Position numbers and translations under genes: made by a program. DNA of 64,000 nt from Candidatus Sulfotelmatobacter sp. (GTDB lineage Bacteria > Acidobacteriota > Terriglobia > Terriglobales > Acidobacteriaceae), in the NCBI GenBank assembly GCA_049584475.1, contig JBAUXX010000004.1, positions 5,218-69,217 of the forward strand, written 5' to 3'. Under the pieces are notes generated by a model. The model did not search any database. It saw only the letters and a list, made by a program, of their open reading frames with translations, and was not told the origin of the DNA. Shown here piece by piece: positions 1 to 9,500 of this stretch (the first letter of the stretch is position 1; each line of letters opens with the position of its first letter).

Positions 1-460
1 GAATGCGGTCTCCAACAATAACTTCGAAAGCGCCCGGCTTGAAACGCCGACCTTGCGTAATCACGATGCTGTCGCGCACGGCAAAAGCCCGCTCAGTTAC
101 GCCGCGAATCCCAACATTTGCCGGCCCGCCATCGCTCAGCCGTGTCATGCTGCTCACGGCGACTACTTCGCCCGACGCCAAAGGGTTACCGGAGTTGTCG
201 CGGGCGATACGCTCATCGACCACGATCGTGTTTGCCTGTTCGCGAGGGATCCACGAAACCAGTTCCGAGATAGCACCGCTTTGGGTGACGATGAAATTCT
301 CCGCCCGGCCGTTCAGCTTCAAGGCAGATCGAAACCCCGCCGCCATTGACAGCAGTGACACCATCACGGTCACGGTGAGCGCGATTCCGAGCGTCGCGAG
401 CAGGCTGCGTTGCCATCTTTTCACCAGGTTGCGAATTACGTAGCGCACTGGGAGGGCCAT
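1..460 (-). CDS. ABC transporter permease, FtsX/MacB-type (N-terminal part; 3' end runs off the window)
   Basis: Absent from the ORF track because it has no in-window stop. The reverse-strand ATG at 460..458 abuts the stop (463..461) of the upstream permease gene. Hand translation MALPVRYVIRNLVKRWQRSLLATLGIALTVTVMVSLLSMAAGFRSALKLNGRAENFIVTQSG... stays open to position 2. It shows the basic N-terminus, TM1 and start of the periplasmic domain typical of MacB/LolC-like permeases. The listed 3..443(+) ORF is its antisense shadow. Confidence 0.75.
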   Translation of the reverse strand, partial: MALPVRYVIRNLVKRWQRSLLATLGIALTVTVMVSLLSMAAGFRSALKLNGRAENFIVTQSGAISELVSWIPREQANTIVVDERIARDNSGNPLASGEVVAVSSMTRLSDGGPANVGIRGVTERAFAVRDSIVITQGRRFKPGAFEVIVGDRI

Positions 461-1621
461 CTATACCTCCCTCAGCGATCTGATGATTGGACTTCGATAA
501 GCTAACAAAGCGGGCGCCAGGCCGGCGAAAAGTGTGACTAGAAGGGCGACAGCAAATCCCGTGCCCGCCACCTCCAAACTGAGACCCGGAGATCGTGAGG
601 ACATGATCAAGTCACCGATGAGCGGGAACTGAGGCAAGGCCCCCACCAGTTCGTGACTGAGAAACACTCCAATGAGGCCGGCGCTGACTCCGATCAGCAA
701 AGCTTCGCCAAGAATGAGCACCATCACCGACCCGTTAGAAAAACCCAGCGTTTTCAGGATGGCAATCTCACCTCGTCGCTCGCGCACGGCCATACTCATA
801 GTATTAGCTATGATCAGGAGCACGGCAAAAGTGCCGGCCAGTGTGATGGCCTGCAGGAGAAAACTCAGATTGCCAGCCAGGGAAATGAAGCTTGCCCGGA
901 AAGCTGCTTCTGTTTCCGTGTGGGTTTGGGTTCCACTATTTTCGAATCGGCTGTCAATGTCCTTGCTGATGGCGCCGGCTTGCGACGCATCGGCGATCTC
1001 GATCGCATAAGTGGTAGGTCCCAGCTTCTCCCCGGTATTCTCATAAAAATAGGAGAAGTGAAAGAGCATTAGCTGGTCACTTCCGGTCTCCGTGTCAAAA
1101 ATGCCTCGCACCACGAATGCAAAAGGCGTTTTTGTACGGAACGGGGCGATGAAACTCTGAAGCTGGAAGGTGTCGCCCACCTGCCATCCGAACGTCTGCG
1201 CCAAGCTGCGGCTAACGATGCAACTGCGGCGGTCATCGAGGAACGCCTTTTTCGACTCCTCCGAAAGGCGGTATCTCGGATGCATCGCCAGGTAGGGTTC
1301 GGCATCGACGGCCAGGTTCGGAAAGAATCCCTTCAAGTCTTTGTAAACGCCGCCGAACCAGGTAACGCTGGAGACTCGAACTACTCCTGGGACGGCCTGA
1401 ATCTTCGCCTTGCATGCCATCGGCAAGTTGAAGATCCAACCCATCGCGTTGCGTGTGACCAGCCGGGAATCGGTTGCGTTGTGCAGACCTTGGTCGACGC
1501 TTTGCAGTACGGTGCGCATGGTGCAGAACAAGAAAACGCATGATGCCAGAGCCAGAACCGTACTAACCGTGCGAATCCGATTCCGGCGTAGATGTTTGGC
1601 GATAAGGAGTAAGAATTTCAT
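461..1621 (-). CDS. ABC transporter permease, FtsX/MacB-type
   Basis: 386 aa. N-terminus MKFLLLIAKHLRRNRIRTVSTVLALASCVFLF (TM1), then a large periplasmic domain and a C-terminal 3-TM FtsX-like block (ILKTLGFSNGSVMVLILGEALLIG...). Sits 3 nt after the ATPase gene in the same operon. Confidence 0.85.
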   Translation of the reverse strand: MKFLLLIAKHLRRNRIRTVSTVLALASCVFLFCTMRTVLQSVDQGLHNATDSRLVTRNAMGWIFNLPMACKAKIQAVPGVVRVSSVTWFGGVYKDLKGFFPNLAVDAEPYLAMHPRYRLSEESKKAFLDDRRSCIVSRSLAQTFGWQVGDTFQLQSFIAPFRTKTPFAFVVRGIFDTETGSDQLMLFHFSYFYENTGEKLGPTTYAIEIADASQAGAISKDIDSRFENSGTQTHTETEAAFRASFISLAGNLSFLLQAITLAGTFAVLLIIANTMSMAVRERRGEIAILKTLGFSNGSVMVLILGEALLIGVSAGLIGVFLSHELVGALPQFPLIGDLIMSSRSPGLSLEVAGTGFAVALLVTLFAGLAPALLAYRSPIIRSLREV

Positions 1622-1624
1622 GGA

Positions 1625-2362
1625 TCAGTCCGTAAAGACACCTTTCTCCAGGTGCCGCTGGCTGCGCGCCCGATCGGCGGCGCGCAGATCGTGCGTGACC
1701 ATAATCACGGTTTTGTGAAAATCCTGGTTAAGCGTGCAGATCAAATTGAGGATCTCATCCGCACTCTTGCCGTCAAGGTCTCCGGTTGGTTCGTCCGCTA
1801 CAATGATTTCGGGATCGGTAATAATGGCCCGCGCGATGGCGACTCGCTGTTCTTGTCCGCCGGAGAGCTGGCTGGGATAGTGACCGGCCCGATCGGCCAA
1901 TCCCACTAACTCCAATGCGGCCAGCGTGCGCTCGCGACGCTGCTTGCGGGACAAGGGTCTCAGGAGGAGGGGTAGTTCGATGTTTTCGAAAGCGGTCAGC
2001 ACCGGAATGAGGTGGTACATCTGAAAGACAAATCCGATGGTATGGCTCCGCCATTTTGCCAATTCCTCTGGTGACAAGCTCGCCAGATCCGTGCCGGCGG
2101 TAATGATCGTCCCGGAGATTGGCTGATCGAGACCCGCGATGAGGTTGAGCAAAGTAGTCTTGCCGGAACCAGAGGGTCCAACCAGCGCCAGAAATGCACC
2201 CTCCTGGATCTCGAGATCAATTCGGTCCAGTACCGGAACGGTCTGCCTGCCGCGCCGATAGGACATGGAAACCTGCTGTACCTGGACTTCACTCCCAATC
2301 AATGGTTGAGCTGCAACAGCCATGATGGCGTGTTCCTCTGCAATAGTTCCGACGGCTTTCAT
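1625..2362 (-). CDS. ABC transporter ATP-binding protein (MacB/LolD-like)
   Basis: Walker [10 protein letters not shown], signature [14 protein letters not shown], Walker [14 protein letters not shown]-loop VTHD. Its start overlaps the MFP stop (ATGA at 2362..2359). Confidence 0.9.
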   Translation of the reverse strand: MKAVGTIAEEHAIMAVAAQPLIGSEVQVQQVSMSYRRGRQTVPVLDRIDLEIQEGAFLALVGPSGSGKTTLLNLIAGLDQPISGTIITAGTDLASLSPEELAKWRSHTIGFVFQMYHLIPVLTAFENIELPLLLRPLSRKQRRERTLAALELVGLADRAGHYPSQLSGGQEQRVAIARAIITDPEIIVADEPTGDLDGKSADEILNLICTLNQDFHKTVIMVTHDLRAADRARSQRHLEKGVFTD

Positions 2363-3675
2363 TGAGCACCTCGAACTGAGAGTACGTGGGCGGCGTCACC
2401 GTCCCGTAGCGACAGCGGCGGCGACAGCACCAGGAGTTCTTGACCGGCCAGGCCTTGAAGTATCACCACTTGATCACCACGCTTTTCGCCGGCGGTGATT
2501 ACGCGCTCATGGGCAATTCCTTGCAAAACTTCGAACAGCACCGTGTTGCGACCGCGTGGCGCCAGGGCCTGCAGCGGCACGGTAATTACCGGTCGCGATG
2601 ATTGTGCCGCGCGCCCAACAGGTATTCCCTGCAGAAAAGTTACCTGTGCGGTCATCTCGGGCTTCAGCAGTAAGTCTGCATCAAGGATCGCAACCTTGGC
2701 CTGCACGGTACCTTTGGTGCGATCAGCGGTAGGAACAAGCTGGCGCAACAATCCGTGATACTTGTGGTCCGGAAAGGCCTGTACCATGATCTCGGCGGGA
2801 ATTCCTGCCCTGAGCTTTTCGATACTCGACTCGCCTACGTCCACCTCGACTTCCAGATGGCCGATGTCAGCAATGGCGACAATCGCACCGGATGAAGTGG
2901 AAATGTTGACTCCGGGTGGGATGGGAGCAACACTTTCTCCTACCTCGGCCATTTTCTTTACTACCATCCCGCTGAATGGCGCTCGTATGACTGTGTCTTC
3001 CTTCAAGACTTCTTGTGTGGCCAGATCCGCCTGAGCCAAAGCCAGGGCCGCTTCGGAAGCATTTACCCGGCTGACGGCGGCGTCCCTCTGGTCTCGCGAG
3101 GAAACCTTTGCATTTGCCAGCTCGTCAGCAATCTCCATCTGCCGCCGATTCTCGTTTAGAGCGGCTTGCGCCACCTGAATTGCGGCTTTTGAACCCGCTA
3201 TCCGGGAATCGAACTCGGCGCTTTGTAAGCGGGCAATGATTTGGCCCTGGACTACGCTGCTTCCGACATCGACATCCATCTCGGTCAAGAGTCCTTGAAT
3301 CTTCGCGGAAATCACGGCTTCTCGGCGCGCTACAACGTATCCGGAGGCGGTTAATATTGGCGTCCCCTGGCCCTCGATTCCGGCCCCCGTGAACGAAGGC
3401 CGCGCGCAGTTTACATCCACGGCATTGCTTAGCCCCCACATGCCCACGGCCGCTCGAATCGAGTGGCCAGAGGCCAAATAGGCGCCGAGCAAAAGAACTA
3501 AGGCAGGCAAGATTATTAGTGGAGCCATCCACCTCGCTGCTTTGCGGCGAGGAGCAGCCTTATCGATCTGCAGAGCACTCAGTCTTAGCCGGGTTGTCTC
3601 CCGGTCAAGGTGCACTTGGCCAGGTTCCTGATCTACTTCCTTTCGCGGCTGGGTGGCAGGTTGGATCACTCGCAT
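2359..3675 (-). CDS. Efflux transporter periplasmic adaptor (HlyD/MFP family)
   Basis: 438 aa. One N-terminal TM (WMAPLIILPALVLLLGAYLA), a lipoyl/hairpin region (GYVVARREAVISAKIQGLLTEMDVDVGSSVVQGQIIARL...coiled coil...VIRAPFSGMVV) and a beta-barrel C-terminus. First gene of the exporter operon. Confidence 0.85.
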   Translation of the reverse strand: MRVIQPATQPRKEVDQEPGQVHLDRETTRLRLSALQIDKAAPRRKAARWMAPLIILPALVLLLGAYLASGHSIRAAVGMWGLSNAVDVNCARPSFTGAGIEGQGTPILTASGYVVARREAVISAKIQGLLTEMDVDVGSSVVQGQIIARLQSAEFDSRIAGSKAAIQVAQAALNENRRQMEIADELANAKVSSRDQRDAAVSRVNASEAALALAQADLATQEVLKEDTVIRAPFSGMVVKKMAEVGESVAPIPPGVNISTSSGAIVAIADIGHLEVEVDVGESSIEKLRAGIPAEIMVQAFPDHKYHGLLRQLVPTADRTKGTVQAKVAILDADLLLKPEMTAQVTFLQGIPVGRAAQSSRPVITVPLQALAPRGRNTVLFEVLQGIAHERVITAGEKRGDQVVILQGLAGQELLVLSPPLSLRDGDAAHVLSVRGAQ

Positions 3676-4040
3676 TCCTTCTTACGCACAGTCTTAGTCC
3701 AGTTACCTGGTTCTCGCAACCGCTGAAGCGGCGAGAACAATCCCCGACCCTGAGGCGAGTCTAAATTTCGTGCAGCTTGGAAAACTCGGGCTACTCATTT
3801 GGGCAGAGCGAGAAATCGTGATCTCGGGTAGATGGAGACACGAGTCGTTTCCAAACAGATTGCGCCGGGCTCGCCGCGGAGAACAGATCGACCTCGCCAA
3901 GTCGGGGAGTCGTGGCCCAACACCGGGCCGGTTGCCCTGCCGGCGGCAGAGATTACAATCGGCGTTGGGCAGGTTGGTAATTTCACCTGACGGCGGTCCT
4001 TCCTTTCCCGCGATCCAGATCCGCCGACGCTACGTTCATC

Positions 4041-6398
4041 ATGAAAATCACTCTGATTCATCCGCCGCTGGACGATCCCACCATTCCCTACCATTCCACC
4101 GCATATTTAGCCGGGCACCTCAAGCACAACGGATTCACCGATGTCTCAATGCGCGACCTCAACATTGAGTTCGTCAACTATTGCCTGGAGCCGAACACCG
4201 TCAACGCTTTTTACGAAGAGGGAGATCGCAGGTTGCGCGCGTACAGTCGGGCCGCCAACCTGGGCTTTCAGGATCAGGAGCAGTATTATGCGCTAGGCGT
4301 CGCGCCTCGGGTTGACGACAGCGAGCTCCACTTGGCAGCCGGAGCGTTAAGAAAGCAAGATACTTTTCTGGATTATTCGACTTATGTAGCAAATGTAAAT
4401 CGACTTACCACTTACTTTGGGTTTCTGGGAGCTTTATCTTACCCTGCGGATATCGATTCCTTCACGTTCAAAACGCGCGGCCGACTGTCCTTTTACAACC
4501 TCTCGGATTTGTTCAACGCGGATCTGGGCGCACGCGTCTGTGCTCCGCTGGTTCGCTACTTTGACGAGCGCTTGTCTCACGACCTGGACCTGGCGACCAC
4601 AGGGTTGTTCGGTATCAGCGTTGTCTATGATCATCAGGTTTTTTATGCACTGCACCTGGCGAGGCTGCTCAAGCAGCGGTGGCCGGAAACCCCGCTGGTA
4701 TTCGGCGGTACAGCCATCAGCCAGATGTATAAATATCTGAAAGACAAGTCGCAGATGAAGAGATTCTTTCAAATCTGTGACGCAGTCGTGATCGGAGAAG
4801 GAGAAACCGCGATTTCCCAGATTGCGGCGTGCCCGGAAACGCTCTCGAGCGGACCGAAATTCATGAACAGCATCACCTACAACCGCAGCACCGAGCAGCT
4901 TACACTCCCGCTCGCTACCTATGAGGATGTCTCGAAGCTTGGCGCTCCCACTTACCGGCACCCATGGGACCTGTATCTCTCCCCGGAACGTGGCATCAAC
5001 TACTCTCCCACCCGAGGCTGCTACTGGAACCGGTGCACGTTCTGCGACTACGGGCTGAACAGCGATCGACCGACGTCGCCGTGGAGGGAGCGAAGGATCG
5101 ATCAGGTCATTGCCGATCTGAAGAGTGCGCAGATTGAGCACGGCGTCAAATACGTCTATCTCGCGGTTGATGTCATGGCACCCGGCTATCTGGAGCGTTT
5201 CTCGGATGCCCTGATCGATACGGGGTTGGACATCCGCTGGGGCGCTGAAATTCGCATGGAAAAGATCTTCACACCGGAGCGCTGCGTAAAATTGGCCCGC
5301 AGCGGATGCGTTGCCATGTCTTTTGGCATGGAGTCCGGGAACCAGCGGATTCTCGATCTTATTGACAAGGGCACTAAGGTCGCCTTCATGGCCGAAACCA
5401 TGAAAAACTTTTCCGCGGCGGGTATCGCGGTTCAGATCATGGCGTTTACCGATTTTCCCACCGAGACCGCGGAGGAGAAGGCGGCCACTTATAAGTTCGT
5501 CGAAGATAACGCCGCTTATTGCGCCGCTGGCGGCATGGGTCAATTCCTGCTGACCGGTACATCGATGGTGGCGAAAAACCCGGCCAAATTCGGGATCACA
5601 CTTGTAGACACTATCGATGCGGACGTTGCCCGCGCCATTGCCTACAATGTCGACGAGGCGGACGAGGGGAACGAGGGAAAGGACCGCAAACTCAATCTCA
5701 CCGAGGATATCGACGGTTCCTTCCGCGATTCAGGGAGCATTTTCCCCGTTTCGCTGGACCGCCCTTGGGCCGGAGGGACCGACAGCCTGCATTCGCTAAT
5801 TTACTATGCGACCTACGGAAGGTTTTTCTTCAGAGAACATACTCCGGATGAGTTTGCCCCGTTTGAGAATACACGAGAATCACTGTTGCAATGTAAGGTC
5901 GTGACGCGCGGTTTTCTCGGTGAATCTGCCTTCGATCTGTCGCGGATATTCAAGAATAGCGATCAATTTGCCGCTTACCTCACGAAGCGCCTGGCAATGC
6001 CCGCTGAACCAACCTACGACAGGTTCTGCGAATGGACAGGCGACGTAGCCAATCTAGCCTCGAGCGGCGAGGATAAGACTCACTGGCTGGTCACACCGCG
6101 AGAGGCAGTCAAGTTAAGCAGATCCGTTTATCAGATCCTGTCACTCGGTCTGGGACAGGAACTCACCCTCGCGCAGTTGTTCCAAGGGTCAAGTCGAGAA
6201 CTCACGAATGCACTCCTTGACTACTTTATCGAGTTGCAAAAAAAAGGATTGCTGGCCTTCGTTGTTCCAGGCAAGTCGCGCTGGGACCGTTTCGCGCTGG
6301 CGGACGATCGGATCGTCTCCCGGCCACGGAATCCGAAAGTGACTATGCCGCCAGGCACGCCAGAGCCTGTCCATACTATCGCTGGGCCTGGACAGTGA
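4041..6398 (+). CDS. B12-binding-domain-type radical SAM protein with long C-terminal extension
   Basis: 785 aa. N-terminal Rossmann-like region typical of class-B rSAM enzymes (MKITLIHPP..., GISVVYDHQ..., PLVFGGTA). Cys triad RGCYWNRCTFCDY (C327, C332, C335; nt 5019-5045). GMESGNQRIL motif. About 280 aa follow the core barrel. Confidence 0.85.
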   Translation: MKITLIHPPLDDPTIPYHSTAYLAGHLKHNGFTDVSMRDLNIEFVNYCLEPNTVNAFYEEGDRRLRAYSRAANLGFQDQEQYYALGVAPRVDDSELHLAAGALRKQDTFLDYSTYVANVNRLTTYFGFLGALSYPADIDSFTFKTRGRLSFYNLSDLFNADLGARVCAPLVRYFDERLSHDLDLATTGLFGISVVYDHQVFYALHLARLLKQRWPETPLVFGGTAISQMYKYLKDKSQMKRFFQICDAVVIGEGETAISQIAACPETLSSGPKFMNSITYNRSTEQLTLPLATYEDVSKLGAPTYRHPWDLYLSPERGINYSPTRGCYWNRCTFCDYGLNSDRPTSPWRERRIDQVIADLKSAQIEHGVKYVYLAVDVMAPGYLERFSDALIDTGLDIRWGAEIRMEKIFTPERCVKLARSGCVAMSFGMESGNQRILDLIDKGTKVAFMAETMKNFSAAGIAVQIMAFTDFPTETAEEKAATYKFVEDNAAYCAAGGMGQFLLTGTSMVAKNPAKFGITLVDTIDADVARAIAYNVDEADEGNEGKDRKLNLTEDIDGSFRDSGSIFPVSLDRPWAGGTDSLHSLIYYATYGRFFFREHTPDEFAPFENTRESLLQCKVVTRGFLGESAFDLSRIFKNSDQFAAYLTKRLAMPAEPTYDRFCEWTGDVANLASSGEDKTHWLVTPREAVKLSRSVYQILSLGLGQELTLAQLFQGSSRELTNALLDYFIELQKKGLLAFVVPGKSRWDRFALADDRIVSRPRNPKVTMPPGTPEPVHTIAGPGQ

Positions 6399-6507
6399 AG
6401 GCAAAATAGACGAAGGCCTAAAACACAACAGCGCGCATTCCCGGCCTCGTGGCGACAGTTCCCATTGCCGTTTCGAACGAATGTGTTGAGCCTCCATGAG
6501 TACTGCC

Positions 6508-9500
6508 TTAGTCGCTAGCCAGCCCGGGGTTGGTCTCGCTCCACTGGTACAGAACACGATGACGCTCAGAGGAGCCAAGCATGGGCAGGCGGTCGAAGGG
6601 CTGAGCATCGTCGGCGACCATGCCTTCCAGCAAGGTGCGGAAGTATCCCAGGTAGCGTTCGACCGTAGCTCGCTCAAATAAGGCGGTGGCGTACTCGATC
6701 CCGCCCGTGATGCTCTGGCCGGTTTCCTGTAAGAAGAGAGTGAGATCGAACTTTGCCACTCTGTGGGGTGCCGACAGGAGTGGGCGCAGTGTCAGTCCCG
6801 GAAGTTGCAGTGAGCCTTCGCTCTCGTTCTGCCATGCAAACATCACCTGAAAAACCGGACTGTGAGCCAGACTGCGCACCGGATGAGTCAGCTCAACCAC
6901 CTGTTCAAAGGGAATGTCCTGGTGCTGCTGCGCAGCCAGAGCCTGCGTTTTGGTTCGCTCCAGCAGTTCGCCTACGGTGGGCGATCCGGACAGGTCCAGA
7001 CGTATCGCCAGCGTGTTGACGAAGAAACCAATGAGGTTCTCGATCTCGGCACGTCCGCGGTTGGCGGTTGGGGATCCGATGACCAGATCGAGTTGACCGG
7101 ACAGTCTGGCAAGCAACACCGCCCAGCCAGCCAGCAAGGTCATGTACAACGTGGTGCCGTGGCGCAGACCGAGCTGCCTCAGGCCGGCGGTTAGTTGTTC
7201 ACCGAGCAGCAGTTCCGCAAAACTGCCGGCATAGTCCTGCCGGGGCGGATGAGGATGGTCTCCGGGCACCTCCAGCAGCGCCGAAGCTTCAGCCAGATTG
7301 GTCTTCCAGTAGGCTGCTTGTCTTTGCAGAATTTCGCCTTCGATCCACTTTCTCTGCCAGACGGCGTAGTCGGCATACTGAATTTCCAACTCCGGCAGCG
7401 GATCGTCTTTCCCCTGTAGATAAGCGCCATACAACGCGCTTAATTCGTTGACCAGCAGGCCCATCGACCAGGCATCGGAGACGATGTGATGCACGGTGAT
7501 CAATAGAGCGTGCTCGTCCTCGGCAAGACGAATGAGCTGGCCGCGGATCAGCGGCCCTGTTTCGAGATCAAAGCAGGTTACGCCCTCGATCCCGGTGATG
7601 CGGTCCAGTTCCGCCTGGCGCTCCCTGTGCTGGCGCAGATCGTGCTCGATTAATGGGAAACGGCTCTTCCCGCCGTCAGCGATCTGTTGCACGGGCTCTC
7701 CATCGATGAAGGGAAACGAAGTGCGCAACGCTTCATGCCGGACCACGATGCGATCCAGGGCGTGGCACAGTGCCCAGTGATTGAGTTCTCCGCGCAAATG
7801 CAAGCCGGTCGAGATGTGGTAGGCGTAGCTGACTCCCTCCATTTGAGCCAGGAACCACAACCGCTGCTGCGCAAATGACAGCGGTAACTTCTTACCTCGT
7901 TCGCAGTACGTGATGAGAGGCAGTACGGAGTGTGCGGCGGTCTCGAGACTGCGGGCCAGATCGGCGAGCACCGGATGCGCGAAGAGGTCGCGCATCGCCA
8001 CTTCCACGCGCAGTGCCTGCTGTAGGCGGGTGACCACCCGCACTGCCAACAGGGAGTGTCCACCGAGTTCGAAAAAGTTATCGTATCTGCCGATCTTGTC
8101 CAGCTTCAGCAAGTCGGCCCAGATCTGCGCCAGCCGGGTTTCGATCTCGCCCTGCGGCGCCTCGTAGGCACGCACGGCGTAGGCATCCCCGTCCGGAGCT
8201 GGCAACGCCTTGCGGTCCAGCTTGCCGTTGGGCGTTAGAGGTAAAAACTCCAACCGCACGTAGGCCGCCGGCACCATATACTCAGGCAGCTTCTCCGATA
8301 AGTGAGCTCGCAGCGATTCCACAGTAAGTTTGTGTTGTTCGGAATCGCCGGCGCTCGAAGCGCTGTAGTAAGCGACCAGACGCTGGTCCCCAGGAGTATC
8401 TTCGCGGGCGATCACCACCGCTTCGTGCACCGCCGGATGTTCGGCCAGCCGGGCCTCGATCTCGCCCAACTCAATTCGGAATCCGCGGATCTTTACCTGA
8501 AAGTCGTTCCGCCCCAAAAACTCAAGGTTGCCGTCCGCCAGCCAACGGGCCAGATCGCCTGTACGATACATGCGTGCCCTCGCGTCGGCAGCGAAAAGAT
8601 CTTTGAGGAAGCGCTCGGCCGTCAACTCCGGACGGTTCAGATACCCCCGCGCTACCCCAACCCCTCCGATATACAACTCCCCGGCTACTCCTACAGGTAC
8701 TGGTTCCCCATGAGCATCCAGTACGTACACCCGTGTGTTCGCGATCGGTCGGCCAATGGAGCTAACATCCTGAATCTGGGTAATGTCCTTTATGACAGAC
8801 CAAATTGTTGTCTCGGTGGGACCGTACATATTCCAGGTAGATGAACTGCGTTCGGTCAAGCTTCGAGCTAAGCTAACGCTCAGGGCTTCTCCACCGCAAA
8901 GGACTTTGAGGTCGTTGGTTCCTTTCCATCCCGCTTCCAGAAGCATTCGCCAGCTTGTGGGCGTAGCCTGCATTAGCGTCACGCCACGCTGTAGTTGTCT
9001 CATCAGAAGAGCGCCATCGGCGCCGGCATCCCGGCTCGCCACGATGATCCGCGCTCCCTTTGTCAGCGGAAGATAAATCTCCAGCGCCGCGATATCGAAA
9101 GCAAATGTCGTAACCGCGAGTAAAGTGTCGTTAGCGCTAATACCGGGGCTTTGGTGCATGGAGCAAATCAAATTCGTCAGGCTGCCATGTTCAATCGCAA
9201 CGCCCTTGGGGTTGCCGGTGGAACCGGAAGTGTAGATGACATAGGCCAGATGGCTGGTGGTGAGTCCGATGCTGTCCCGATTGGGGTTGCTCTCGGGCAG
9301 ACGGCTCCACTCAATTGCACTATCGCTCAGATCAATCACGGGCAGGGTCTCGCTGATTCCCGCGAAGAGTTCCAGTAAATGCCCTTGTGTGAGTAACGCC
9401 ACCGGCCCACAGTCTTCCAGCATGTAGCGCAGTCGTTCCACCGGATAGCCCGGATCCAGCGGCACGTAGGCTCCGCCGGCCTTGAGCACTCCCAGCAGAC

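Noticed and set aside
3-443. 146-aa plus-strand ORF at the left edge
   Set aside because: It is the antisense shadow of the edge-truncated FtsX permease gene (1-460, minus strand). The minus-strand translation has clear family features. The plus-strand product is low-complexity, Arg/Ser/Thr-rich and has no motif.
4434-5543. 369-aa minus-strand ORF inside the radical SAM gene
   Set aside because: It lies entirely antisense to a gene with strong motifs. Its Arg/Gly/Ala-rich composition is typical of GC-rich shadow frames.
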